Below, piece by piece: positions 1-7,791 of a stretch of 36,311 nucleotides of DNA. The number at the start of each line of letters is the position of its first letter. The first letter of the stretch is position 1. The notes under the pieces were generated by a model that did not search any database, was not told where the DNA came from, and worked only from the letters and a program-made list of their open reading frames with translations. The position numbers were made by a program, and so were the translations under genes. This stretch comes from a virus (taxonomy: Duplodnaviria > Caudoviricetes), in IMG/VR virus record IMGVR_UViG_3300008255_000076, positions 1-36,311 of that record; one strand, given 5' to 3'.

Positions 1-123
1 ACTGCTTTCTCTGCAAGTTCGTGTAGGTACGCATATACGTCCTCGTCCGTAACTTCAATTTCCTTTTTCATTGGTTTGCCTTAAAGAAAGCCTGCGCGAA
101 GTGTTGAGAGCAAAGCGACCTGA
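1..123. repeat. Terminal direct repeat, left copy (circular assembly overlap)
   Basis: 1-123 is identical to 36189-36311; the ORF 36068..36259 reads across it. Confidence 0.95.
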
Positions 124-306
124 CACAGTGATAACGTCCCTGCCTCCAATCTCAATGCGGAACTCGGGCTTTTGGTCGCGTCCGTTGACGTTCAACTGGT
201 GGCGCTCAATCTTAACGAGTGGACGCACGTTGATTTTGATTTCAACCTTTGCCTCATTCGGTGTCTCGCTCTTAACTTCCAACTTCTTTGCCTTTTTCTT
301 AAACAT
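55..306 (-). CDS. hypothetical protein
   Basis: 83 aa ORF with ATG start, in a tightly packed minus-strand gene run. Confidence 0.7.
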   Translation of the reverse strand: MFKKKAKKLEVKSETPNEAKVEIKINVRPLVKIERHQLNVNGRDQKPEFRIEIGGRDVITVSGRFALNTSRRLSLRQTNEKGN

Positions 307-327
307 AGTGATTTGTTTTTTATTTTT

Positions 328-597
328 TTAATACCCCTGTCTGTCGTCCCCGTCCTCAATGCGACATATGCACTTTTGAGTGCCGACGCCGCGCATAATG
401 TGTCCCTCCCCGTCGCTCTCGTCCGTAGAGACTTCGCCCTCGCCATAACAGAACTCGCACACCTCCTCAACCTCACACTCCTTTTTGCACTTGGAGCAGG
501 TATATATCTCTATCGGGTCGTGGTGGTCTCGGGGATTTTCCTTAAAGTCCTCCACGAGGTCGGCGAGACAACATTTTGATACTTCAATTGTTGCCAT
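328..597 (-). CDS. small Cys-rich, zinc-finger-like protein
   Basis: CC, CSKC, CEFCYGEG (DnaJ-like CxxCxGxG) and CIC motifs. Confidence 0.7.
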   Translation of the reverse strand: MATIEVSKCCLADLVEDFKENPRDHHDPIEIYTCSKCKKECEVEEVCEFCYGEGEVSTDESDGEGHIMRGVGTQKCICRIEDGDDRQGY

Positions 598-601
598 AGC
601 C

Positions 602-757
602 TTATTTGATTATTGCCTGCAATGCGTGAGTGGTAATCGTCCCGACGTAGAAATTGTCTACGGGGCGCTGTCCCGACATTGCCCAAGCGGTGAAGCCTAT
701 AAAGTCAATGACGAGTACAACTACGACGATTGTGAGTGCGATTTGTGCTGTTTTCAT
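602..757 (-). CDS. 51 aa small membrane protein (not in ORF track)
   Basis: Hand translation MKTAQIALTIVVVVLVIDFIGFTAWAMSGQRPVDNFYVGTITTHALQAIIK; fills the gap between its neighbours; hydrophobic N-terminal helix. Confidence 0.7.
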   Translation of the reverse strand: MKTAQIALTIVVVVLVIDFIGFTAWAMSGQRPVDNFYVGTITTHALQAIIK

Positions 758-782
758 AGATTTGGTTAACGAACCTTAATAA

Positions 783-968
783 TTACTTCTCGTTCAATAC
801 CTCCTCAAAAGTGAAACCCAAAGCCTCAAGCGCTTTCATATCTGCCTCCGTCAAGGTCTTGCGACCAGTGAGGGCAGAAATGGACTGCGCGACTTCGGGC
901 TGTTTGACGTAGAACTTTACTACGCCGTACACCCTGTCTCGGTAGAACTTTATTACCTTTGTTTTCAT
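783..968 (-). CDS. hypothetical protein
   Basis: 61 aa ORF; AAGGA upstream of ATG; first gene after an intergenic regulatory region. Confidence 0.75.
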   Translation of the reverse strand: MKTKVIKFYRDRVYGVVKFYVKQPEVAQSISALTGRKTLTEADMKALEALGFTFEEVLNEK

Positions 969-989
969 AGGCGATTTGTCCTTAATTGC

Positions 990-1076
990 TAATATCTATA
1001 CTCTACGGCAAGCCGTATAAGATTGCAAGTAGTAGGGTGTGGATAACTTAACCTATAAGGACTACTATACGGCATA
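990..1076 (-). promoter_or_regulatory. Regulatory region: TACGGCAAGCCGTA palindrome, DnaA box and extra TACGGC half-site
   Basis: Palindrome 1004-1017; TGTGGATAA (TTATCCACA on minus) 1038-1046; TACGGC 1068-1073. Confidence 0.65.
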
Positions 1077-1079
1077 GGG

Positions 1080-1349
1080 CTATGATTGACCGCTTAACTC
1101 CCTGCCAATCTTATTGTACTCGTCGTCCCAAGTGTCAATTGCCATTACCGACACCACATAGCAATACCTATCCTCCTCGGCGCCGTTGACTGCAAACGCT
1201 TTGTCGTACACTCCCGTCGGCTCAATTTCAAAGGTCATAAACTCACCTGTGAGGTGATACCCTTTCTGACCTTTCATTTTTTCGGGCTTCTCAAGCCCTG
1301 CTTGCATTTCTGCAATCACTTCGTTAATGCGATTTTTTCTTTTTGCCAT
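1080..1349 (-). CDS. hypothetical protein
   Basis: 89 aa ORF abutting the upstream gene. Confidence 0.7.
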   Translation of the reverse strand: MAKRKNRINEVIAEMQAGLEKPEKMKGQKGYHLTGEFMTFEIEPTGVYDKAFAVNGAEEDRYCYVVSVMAIDTWDDEYNKIGRELSGQS

Positions 1350-1350
1350 A

Positions 1351-1581
1351 CTACAAGTTGTTTAACGCTGTTAAGTTTTCCTCCCTGTTCGCGTCCACCT
1401 GCATACCTTTTGAATAGAGACTTTTGACCACCTCATTGAACTTTGCAGGCGACATTTTGAAGTCGCATTTGGCTTGGAGGCAGGTAAAGTTTCCTGTGTC
1501 TCTATCCTGCATAAGCCCACCGTTGCACTTCGGGCAACGCATATTCTTAAGGCGCGACCACAATAACTTTTGCTCTGCCAT
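1351..1581 (-). CDS. zinc-ribbon protein
   Basis: CPKC...CLQAKC four-Cys ribbon. Confidence 0.7.
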   Translation of the reverse strand: MAEQKLLWSRLKNMRCPKCNGGLMQDRDTGNFTCLQAKCDFKMSPAKFNEVVKSLYSKGMQVDANREENLTALNNL

Positions 1582-1585
1582 AAAC

Positions 1586-1786
1586 CTATTTCTTTATTGC
1601 TTTTGCCTTGATAATTTCGTTGTCAAACTTCTCAACCACGAAGTCCTTAAACCCGTCAGGGTATCGCTTCTCAACGTCGGCTTTCAGTGTCTCGCCAACG
1701 TATGACTGCCACGCGTCCCACGCCTCAAGAACGAACTGCTTGTTTGCCTTGTGAACCTCCACGAAAAACTTGTCTATTGCCTGCAT
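1586..1786 (-). CDS. hypothetical protein
   Basis: 66 aa ORF, operon packing. Confidence 0.7.
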   Translation of the reverse strand: MQAIDKFFVEVHKANKQFVLEAWDAWQSYVGETLKADVEKRYPDGFKDFVVEKFDNEIIKAKAIKK

Positions 1787-1797
1787 AATGAATTGTT

Positions 1798-2187
1798 TTA
1801 ATCGGTTAATTTTGGCTGACTGAATGAACGTTGCTCGTCCATATAACTATCAGCCTGTGTTGGGTGTACGGTCTGCGCCTTGGTCGGATAACCGAGGTCT
1901 TGGCGCCACTCGTCCTCCTTAATGCCTCGCGCTTTTGCCACTTTCCAATCAGTCGGATAATACTTACCCTCTGCATTGAACTTGGCTCTGACGCGCTTAA
2001 TGTTGTCCTCTCGCGGTAGGTCAATGATGTCTCGCAACCACACACCCTCCTCGCCCGACGCACCCTTGCGGATACGTTGAGGGAAGTAACGGCGCCAAAT
2101 AGCAAGCATAAGCACAATGTCGCTATTTCGGGTCTCGGGGAGGTTACGCAAACATTCCTCAACCATTGTTTTTAATGCTTTTTTCAT
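1798..2187 (-). CDS. hypothetical phage protein
   Basis: 129 aa; ATGA overlap with the upstream ORF. Confidence 0.75.
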   Translation of the reverse strand: MKKALKTMVEECLRNLPETRNSDIVLMLAIWRRYFPQRIRKGASGEEGVWLRDIIDLPREDNIKRVRAKFNAEGKYYPTDWKVAKARGIKEDEWRQDLGYPTKAQTVHPTQADSYMDEQRSFSQPKLTD

Positions 2188-2573
2188 TGTCCGTCTGTTA
2201 GCCTTTTAGTCTCGTCAAGAGGCAACAATTTGGTCTCAATGCCTGCGAGAATGTTCTTAAGCGGTTTCATTCCCGACGGTAATTGTCTCTGATTTTTCCC
2301 ACCGTGGTACTCAATGTCTTGGTAGTTGTGCTGTGAAATACCGTTAACCTCCTCAACGAACCTCAAGCGGCGTTCCTCGTCCTCAACGACAGCAACAATG
2401 AAACTCGGGTTAATCAGTCCTTGTTTGAGTTTGATTATTCCCCCGTCTTTGATACCTGCAATGACACGCTTAATCTCGTCCTTGTCGCATTTCACTTCCG
2501 TTTTGGTTGAGAGAATGACCTTAAAGCACTTGTTGGTCTCAATCAGCACCTTAACCTCATTATTGTTGCTCAT
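2184..2573 (-). CDS. hypothetical protein downstream of the replication initiator
   Basis: 129 aa; overlaps the initiator stop by 14 nt. Confidence 0.75.
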   Translation of the reverse strand: MSNNNEVKVLIETNKCFKVILSTKTEVKCDKDEIKRVIAGIKDGGIIKLKQGLINPSFIVAVVEDEERRLRFVEEVNGISQHNYQDIEYHGGKNQRQLPSGMKPLKNILAGIETKLLPLDETKRLTDGQ

Positions 2574-3435
2574 TTTCGTCCTCGTCTAAGCCAATAATAC
2601 TTTTCCCTTTGCCCGACTTCGTAAAGGAACCTGTTGAGGTAAAGTTCTTGAAACCTGCTCTACTGAACCAAGTAACAAGTCGCTTTTCTACCTCAAACGT
2701 CTTTTGAAGTGTCCACTTTTCCCGAGTGCCTGTGCTGTTTAGTTCCGTCCAATAACTCGCAAACGCTTTAATCTCGTTCCACAAAGCCTGTTTTGATACA
2801 TTGGTATTCTTTTGGGCGATAGCGTTTAGGAACTCTTGGAGCCACGGAACCTCCTGCTTGTTTTTCAGAGCCTCAACCCCCTCAAAGAACTGCAATGCTC
2901 TCTCTTTGGGAGTAGGTTTTTTAACAATCTCTGCTTCTTGCTCGGGTGCGGTCATTGGTTTACCAATGACGGGTTTCTGCTTCACCTTAACTTTACTTGT
3001 ACTTAACTTACCTTTACTTAACTTAACTTCTTTGTCAGTTGGTTTTTCACTCTGCACCCGTTGGTTGTCTTTGGTATACCATTGGGTGTCAAAGGTCTCG
3101 GGAATAGGGTATTTTGCCCTCCTGCCTCGGTCTGACCTGAACGTTTGGTGTTCGTCAAACGCATACACCTCAAAGTATCGTTTGCCATTTTCGTCGTGGT
3201 ACTGCTTGAGCAAGCCAATTTTCCACAACTCCTTAAGGTATTCCTCAACCTGCTCCTCGTTCCACCCACGACGAGGAACGATAAGGAACAGCACGTCTTG
3301 GGTTTCGCCCTCAATGCGTCCATAGTCGTCGGTGTGAGCCTGTATCCAACTGAACAGCAAGGCGGCTTGGTCGCTGACCTCATTGACCTTGCGGCTGTTA
3401 GATATTACGTTGCTGATTATTCGTCCTCTAGCCAT
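2560..3435 (-). CDS. phage replication initiator / replisome organiser (N-terminal winged helix)
   Basis: N-terminus MARGRII...AALLFSWIQAHTDDYGR typical of phage initiators; central low-complexity linker containing DNA repeats; helical C-terminal domain. Confidence 0.7.
   Translation of the reverse strand: MARGRIISNVISNSRKVNEVSDQAALLFSWIQAHTDDYGRIEGETQDVLFLIVPRRGWNEEQVEEYLKELWKIGLLKQYHDENGKRYFEVYAFDEHQTFRSDRGRRAKYPIPETFDTQWYTKDNQRVQSEKPTDKEVKLSKGKLSTSKVKVKQKPVIGKPMTAPEQEAEIVKKPTPKERALQFFEGVEALKNKQEVPWLQEFLNAIAQKNTNVSKQALWNEIKAFASYWTELNSTGTREKWTLQKTFEVEKRLVTWFSRAGFKNFTSTGSFTKSGKGKSIIGLDEDENEQQ
2951..3091. other. putative replication origin inside the initiator gene
   Basis: 9-bp inverted repeat GTCATTGGT-TT-ACCAATGAC 2951-2970; about 10 tandem (A/C)CTT(A/T) units 2980-3030; repeated TTGGT; palindrome TGGTATACCA 3072-3081. 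Confidence 0.55.
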
Positions 3436-3440
3436 AGGAT

Positions 3441-5498
3441 TTAAGCGGAATATCCCTGCAAACGCTCAATGCCTGCGTCGCTTGCAAAGAGCATATCGCC
3501 CTTACCAAGTAACTTTTCGGCACCGTCCTCGTCTAGCATTACTCGGCTGTCCACGCCCTTGCTCATACGCAAGACAACACGAGTTGGGAAGTTAACCTTA
3601 ATATCGCCGTTAATCACGCGTGTTGAGGCACGCTGTGTGGCAATAATGAGGTGGATACCGCACGCACGACCTTTCTGTGCGAGTACCTGAATAAGTGAAC
3701 CAATGTGCGTTTTCATTCCGAGGTCAGCGAACTCGTCAATGATTACGAACTTGTAGCGCATATTGGGCATATCCTCTATGTTCTTTGCCCGAGCCGCTTT
3801 CATTTCCTTGTACCTCTCCTCCATTTCCTCGCACAATGCCTCAAGCGATATTGCGATTGCGGCGTGGTGCGACTGATACTCCTTAACCTTGCCCTCGCCC
3901 TCAAACTGCACCAACTCAACCTGCTTTGGGTCAAAGAGGTGAAGTTCAACACGGGGAATGGTGAGCAACTGGTTTATGAGGTTGTTGAGGAATACTGACT
4001 TGCCCGAACCGCTTGAGCCTGCGACGAGCATATGAGGCGCTTGCCTGATGTCAAAGCGTCGTGCGTCGCCCATTACGGTTTGACCAATTGCAATCTCAAA
4101 CCCTCGTGCCTTTGGCGCCGTTGGGAATGTACGCTCGTCAAGGGGTATCTCAAAGCCTACTAGCCCACTGTCTCTAATTGGCGCTAGGACGCGTATACCC
4201 GACTTTTCTACTACTTGCTCAATGTCCTTGGTGTATGAGGCTATCTTGCTCATTTTAAGCCCAATGGACGGCTCGTAGCGGTACAACTCAACAGAGTTTC
4301 CACGCACTTTTGAATGGAACTCAACCGCAAGCCCGTGTTCGGCGAGCTTCATTTTGATTTTTTCCTCTGTGGTCATATTCTTATAATTTAATGTTTCCGC
4401 AGAAACGAACTTTGCACTGACGGTCTCAAGATATTGCTTCATTGCACCGTCTTTCTGTATTCGCTTCTTAAGGAAGTCAGTAATGTTGTCAACTTTGTTC
4501 TTTTTGAACGCCTTTTCGCGCTCCTCGTCTTGGTCAAGTCGGTGAATGTACGCGAGGATTGAAACCTCTTTGTCGTACATTGCGTACACATTCGGCACGA
4601 ACACCTGCTTGCCGAGCAAGGCGTCCGTAACGTCGTAGTAGTACCGATAAAAGAACTCAAATATGAGAGGGTGGTCGTCAAAGACGATTTCAAACTCTCG
4701 CATTTGTGGTGAATTGTCAGCGTTCTTGCTGATTTTGAACTCCGCGTACACCATTGAGTAAGGCACTTCGCCTGTCTCTGCCGCAACGAGGAAGTAGTTG
4801 AACGCCGCCTGAATGAGTTTTGCGCCGTCAATCGCTTCGGGATTTGAGTACGTTGAGGTTATTTTGTGGTCGCGGATAATCAGCCTGTCTTTGTGGTCGC
4901 GGTACACGAGGTCGGCAGAACCCTTGAGAGGGATTGGCAACACTTTCCCGTCAACCTCAATCTTGTGCTTGAGCATTTTTTCAACAAGCACAACCTCTTT
5001 GACGTACTTTCGGTAATCAAACTCTTTGATGTACCCAAAGAACGCAAAGGCAAACTTCTCGTTCAGTTTCTCTCGGCTTGCAATGACAGTGTTGTATCCA
5101 ATGAAGCCGTCGGAATACCCGAGCAAGTAATCCAAGCCGACTTGGTGAGCAATCTTTATTGCTTCGCCGTCGTCTTGAGGCACTGGCACGTCGGGATTGC
5201 CGCCAAGGTACGTTTCAAGCGCCTTGTGCATTGCTTTCCCGAGAACGTTTGAGGGTGAACTTGTGGTCTCAATTTGGTCGCCGTTAATGTAGTTCACCTT
5301 GAACATAAACGGGTCTGACCCAAACTTGGTGAATGACGAGTACGAGTAATGAGGGACAGGGAAGTTTGCGAACTCCGCAACCAAGCCTGTGTCGTCCTTA
5401 CTGGTTCTTTTCGTTACCGTCGGCAACGTCAGTTTCGCCAATTTGGATTTCCGCTTCACCCGTTGAGGTTTCTTGGTTGTGGTCATTGTCGTTGTCAT
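3441..5498 (-). CDS. PD-(D/E)XK (RecB/AddB-like) nuclease fused to an FtsK/SpoIIIE alpha-beta ATPase motor
   Basis: N-half: SYSS...GKAMHKALE...LKGSADL...IIRDHK...QAAFNY. C-half: FtsK-alpha-like YRYEPSIGLKMSKI...IRVLAPI...GFEIP, Walker A AGSSGSGKS, LFDPKQVEL, Walker B IIDEFADL, GRACGIHLIIATQR, GAEKLLGKGDML. Start uncertain (5498, 5486, or TTG 5384). Confidence 0.9.
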   Translation of the reverse strand: MTTTMTTTKKPQRVKRKSKLAKLTLPTVTKRTSKDDTGLVAEFANFPVPHYSYSSFTKFGSDPFMFKVNYINGDQIETTSSPSNVLGKAMHKALETYLGGNPDVPVPQDDGEAIKIAHQVGLDYLLGYSDGFIGYNTVIASREKLNEKFAFAFFGYIKEFDYRKYVKEVVLVEKMLKHKIEVDGKVLPIPLKGSADLVYRDHKDRLIIRDHKITSTYSNPEAIDGAKLIQAAFNYFLVAAETGEVPYSMVYAEFKISKNADNSPQMREFEIVFDDHPLIFEFFYRYYYDVTDALLGKQVFVPNVYAMYDKEVSILAYIHRLDQDEEREKAFKKNKVDNITDFLKKRIQKDGAMKQYLETVSAKFVSAETLNYKNMTTEEKIKMKLAEHGLAVEFHSKVRGNSVELYRYEPSIGLKMSKIASYTKDIEQVVEKSGIRVLAPIRDSGLVGFEIPLDERTFPTAPKARGFEIAIGQTVMGDARRFDIRQAPHMLVAGSSGSGKSVFLNNLINQLLTIPRVELHLFDPKQVELVQFEGEGKVKEYQSHHAAIAISLEALCEEMEERYKEMKAARAKNIEDMPNMRYKFVIIDEFADLGMKTHIGSLIQVLAQKGRACGIHLIIATQRASTRVINGDIKVNFPTRVVLRMSKGVDSRVMLDEDGAEKLLGKGDMLFASDAGIERLQGYSA

Positions 5499-6273
5499 TA
5501 TCTTTTAATAGGTTGCCCATTTTGAGGTCAGAGTGTTCAGCGAGAGCCTTTGCCTCTGCAATGCGGCTGTCTCTGTTGTCTTTCTCAAACGCTTCGTAAA
5601 TGGTGCTGTTCTTTGGCAGGAACTTCGCCAACTGCTTAATCGCTGTCTTTTTCCACATTGAGAGTTCAGGGTCATTCTTTGGGTTCCAAGGACTGTATTC
5701 GCTTGCCTTGGACTTTGAGAACTCCTTAAACTTCATTACGTCTTTCTCACCGAGAACCTTAAACTGCTTCTCACCACTTGAGAGGGTCGCAACAGCGTAC
5801 ACGCCGATTGCCTTGCCTCTCTCGCCAAACACATTTGGTCGGTGAATAAGTGTCGGGTTCAGTCCTGCTTGGTAGTCAAACTCGTCGTGTTCGTGTACCA
5901 CTTCGGCAGTAACATTTTTCATTCCTGCTCGGTAAAGGAGTGTAAGAACTCCCTGATACCCAAGTTGGAATTGTGCCTCGTCTTTGTAGGGCAGGACATA
6001 AGCCTCGCCTGAAACGCTTGAGGGGTACAGTTCGTACTCCGCGCACGTCATAAAGGCACTAATCAGCGTTTCCTTTTTGCAATCAAGGAGTTTCGGCGTC
6101 TTTTGGAGTGAGTACACTACCGACGACATAAACTTCATTACCTTTTCGTTGTCGCCTCGGAAAAAGTTTGTGATTGCCTTTTGGTGCTGTTTAGAGAGCG
6201 CCACCTTGAAACTGTCAATCGGTGTGAGCGCTCTTGCTTGTCCACTGTCCTTACTATTGTCTTTTGTAGTCAT
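5398..6273 (-). CDS. recT: RecT-family single-strand annealing recombinase
   Basis: PKLLDC...GEAYVLPY...QFQLGYQG...VHEHDEF...GVYAVA...SPW...MWKKTAIKQLAKFLP. Confidence 0.92.
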   Translation of the reverse strand: MTTKDNSKDSGQARALTPIDSFKVALSKQHQKAITNFFRGDNEKVMKFMSSVVYSLQKTPKLLDCKKETLISAFMTCAEYELYPSSVSGEAYVLPYKDEAQFQLGYQGVLTLLYRAGMKNVTAEVVHEHDEFDYQAGLNPTLIHRPNVFGERGKAIGVYAVATLSSGEKQFKVLGEKDVMKFKEFSKSKASEYSPWNPKNDPELSMWKKTAIKQLAKFLPKNSTIYEAFEKDNRDSRIAEAKALAEHSDLKMGNLLKDNDNDNDHNQETSTGEAEIQIGETDVADGNEKNQ

Positions 6274-6316
6274 AGGCTATAATGGAGTTGCTAACTTGTA
6301 AGATTTGGTTTCAACA

Positions 6317-6517
6317 TTAAGCGCCTGTTTCCGCAGGTGCTTTTTGTTTTGGGTGGAACTGGTCGTAAACGCGCCAAGCCTCAAAGAGAGCCTTAAGCCC
6401 GTTCGGGTTCACCCTCTGTAATTCGCTCAACTTCGCCTTTTTAATATCGCCGTCGTACTTCTCAAGTAGAGAGTAAAACGTGATACCTTTTGCTTTTCTT
6501 GTAAGTGTTGTTTTCAT
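6317..6517 (-). CDS. hypothetical protein (start moved to ATG 6517)
   Basis: ATG at 6517 lies 1 nt after the stop of the upstream small ORF. Confidence 0.7.
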   Translation of the reverse strand: MKTTLTRKAKGITFYSLLEKYDGDIKKAKLSELQRVNPNGLKALFEAWRVYDQFHPKQKAPAETGA

Positions 6518-6518
6518 A

Positions 6519-6662
6519 CTAAGTTGATTTCTTTGCGTTTTTCCAACGCTTCTCAACTAACTTTTTCATATGGTCTTTGCCATACTTCTTGACCACCGCC
6601 TTGCCTCCCTTGCTTTGGATACTCGGCTCGGCTTTCTTGGTCTTGAGTTTCGTTTTGCTCAT
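6519..6662 (-). CDS. 47 aa basic protein with a KGG-like motif (not in ORF track)
   Basis: Hand translation MSKTKLKTKKAEPSIQSKGGKAVVKKYGKDHMKKLVEKRWKNAKKST; first ORF after the leftward promoter. Confidence 0.7.
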   Translation of the reverse strand: MSKTKLKTKKAEPSIQSKGGKAVVKKYGKDHMKKLVEKRWKNAKKST

Positions 6663-6717
6663 AAGTTGAGTGCTAATTCTTAACGTTTAATTTGTCGTAC
6701 CGACCTCCGACTTTCAT

Positions 6718-6746
6718 AGTATACTCATACGGCTGTATTACGGCAA
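6718..6746 (-). promoter_or_regulatory. sigma70-type promoter for the recombination/replication operon
   Basis: TTGCCG (6746-6741), 17 nt spacer, TATACT (6723-6718); the -35 lies inside palindrome 6739-6752; DnaA box at 6757-6765. Confidence 0.7.
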
Positions 6747-6789
6747 GCCGTATACCTGTGGATAAGTCCCGAAATGGGCGCATAAAGTA

Positions 6790-6819
6790 AGGACAAACTG
6801 TGTACAGTCAGGGTATAAT
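6790..6819 (+). promoter_or_regulatory. rightward promoter, probably giving a leaderless mRNA
   Basis: TATAAT 6814-6819 with ATG at 6826; weak -35 AGGACA 6790-6795. Confidence 0.6.
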
Positions 6820-6825
6820 GTGTGT

Positions 6826-7176
6826 ATGAAAAATTATTTGGTAGTTCCAAAGACACTCTCAAAATATAGGAACGTGCAAACCGAGTACAAGGGTCTCAAG
6901 TTTATGTCCAAAAAGGAGGCTGAATACGCAATGCAGTTGGACTATATGCGCAAGGCTACCTCCCCCCGTGATAGGGTCGTGGAGTGGGTGCCGCAGATGC
7001 CGTTTCAGGTAATTTTGAATGAAAAGAAAATCTGCAAATACATTGCCGACTTTAAGGTAACGTACGCCGACGGGCGTGTTGAAATTGTGGACGTTAAGGG
7101 GGTGCGCACCGACGTATACCGCCTCAAAAAGAAACTGGTTGAAGCACAGTACGGTATCACTATCGTTGAGGTGTAA
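6826..7176 (+). CDS. DUF1064-family PD-(D/E)XK nuclease (putative resolvase)
   Basis: SKYRN...FMSKKEA...YIADF...IVDVKG...YRLKKKL. Confidence 0.85.
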   Translation: MKNYLVVPKTLSKYRNVQTEYKGLKFMSKKEAEYAMQLDYMRKATSPRDRVVEWVPQMPFQVILNEKKICKYIADFKVTYADGRVEIVDVKGVRTDVYRLKKKLVEAQYGITIVEV

Positions 7177-7208
7177 AACAAAAACACCCCCGAGTTGGAG
7201 GTGTCTTT
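7175..7208 (-). terminator. intrinsic terminator between convergent genes (possibly bidirectional)
   Basis: Minus strand ACACCTCC-AACTC-GGGGGTGT followed by TTTTGTTTT. Confidence 0.75.
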
Positions 7209-7236
7209 GCGCTGATTTCCCTGTCTGCAATATAGG

Positions 7237-7791
7237 CTACTTTATTTTGCCAAGCAAGGTGTCAACCGCCTGTAAATGTGTTCTGATTTCGTCCCTGATA
7301 GCGTCGTTGCTTGGCGTGGTCGGTACGGGGGTGGGGGCAGGTGCCTCCTTGAGGAGGTCTTGTACCCACGCGTCGGTCAATAGGTTCCCATAGCAGGATT
7401 TCTTGGCGAACTTGCGGTGAGGCACGACGTTTGCCATAGATACCCCGTATTGGGTCATTTTTGCCTTAAGGAGGGCTTTAAGCGCCGTTATCTGCTCGGT
7501 TGTCGGTTTAGTAATGTCAAAGTTCCCTGCGAGGCAAATACCGAGGCTAGAGTTGTTTTTACCGATAGTGTGTGCGCCCTCGTCCGTGTCTGCGCGTCCC
7601 TGCGTAACCTTACCCGTCTTGTCTATGAAATAATGATATGCTATATAATAACCTAATGAACTCTTAAAGTTCCAAAGGTGTTTATGCCAATCATTAACAA
7701 TCTCAAAAGTATGATTTGAAGTATCAGCACGAGGGTCGGTATCACTACCGCCTGTGTGATGTACTATCAAAAATTGAGGCACATTTTTCAT
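7237..7791 (-). CDS. N-acetylmuramoyl-L-alanine amidase (Amidase_2) endolysin
   Basis: IVHHT...YHYFI...GAHT...NNSSLGICLAGNF...VPHR...SCYG zinc-amidase motifs. Confidence 0.92.
   Translation of the reverse strand: MKNVPQFLIVHHTGGSDTDPRADTSNHTFEIVNDWHKHLWNFKSSLGYYIAYHYFIDKTGKVTQGRADTDEGAHTIGKNNSSLGICLAGNFDITKPTTEQITALKALLKAKMTQYGVSMANVVPHRKFAKKSCYGNLLTDAWVQDLLKEAPAPTPVPTTPSNDAIRDEIRTHLQAVDTLLGKIK

Noticed and set aside
4374-4395. Internal start producing a stand-alone FtsK motor (AT-rich stretch before MTTEEKIK)
   Set aside because: It sits at the domain boundary, but the only support is local AT-richness, which is too weak to call
4600-5350. Cas4 / CRISPR adaptation gene
   Set aside because: Lacks the four Fe-S cysteines; no array or other cas genes present
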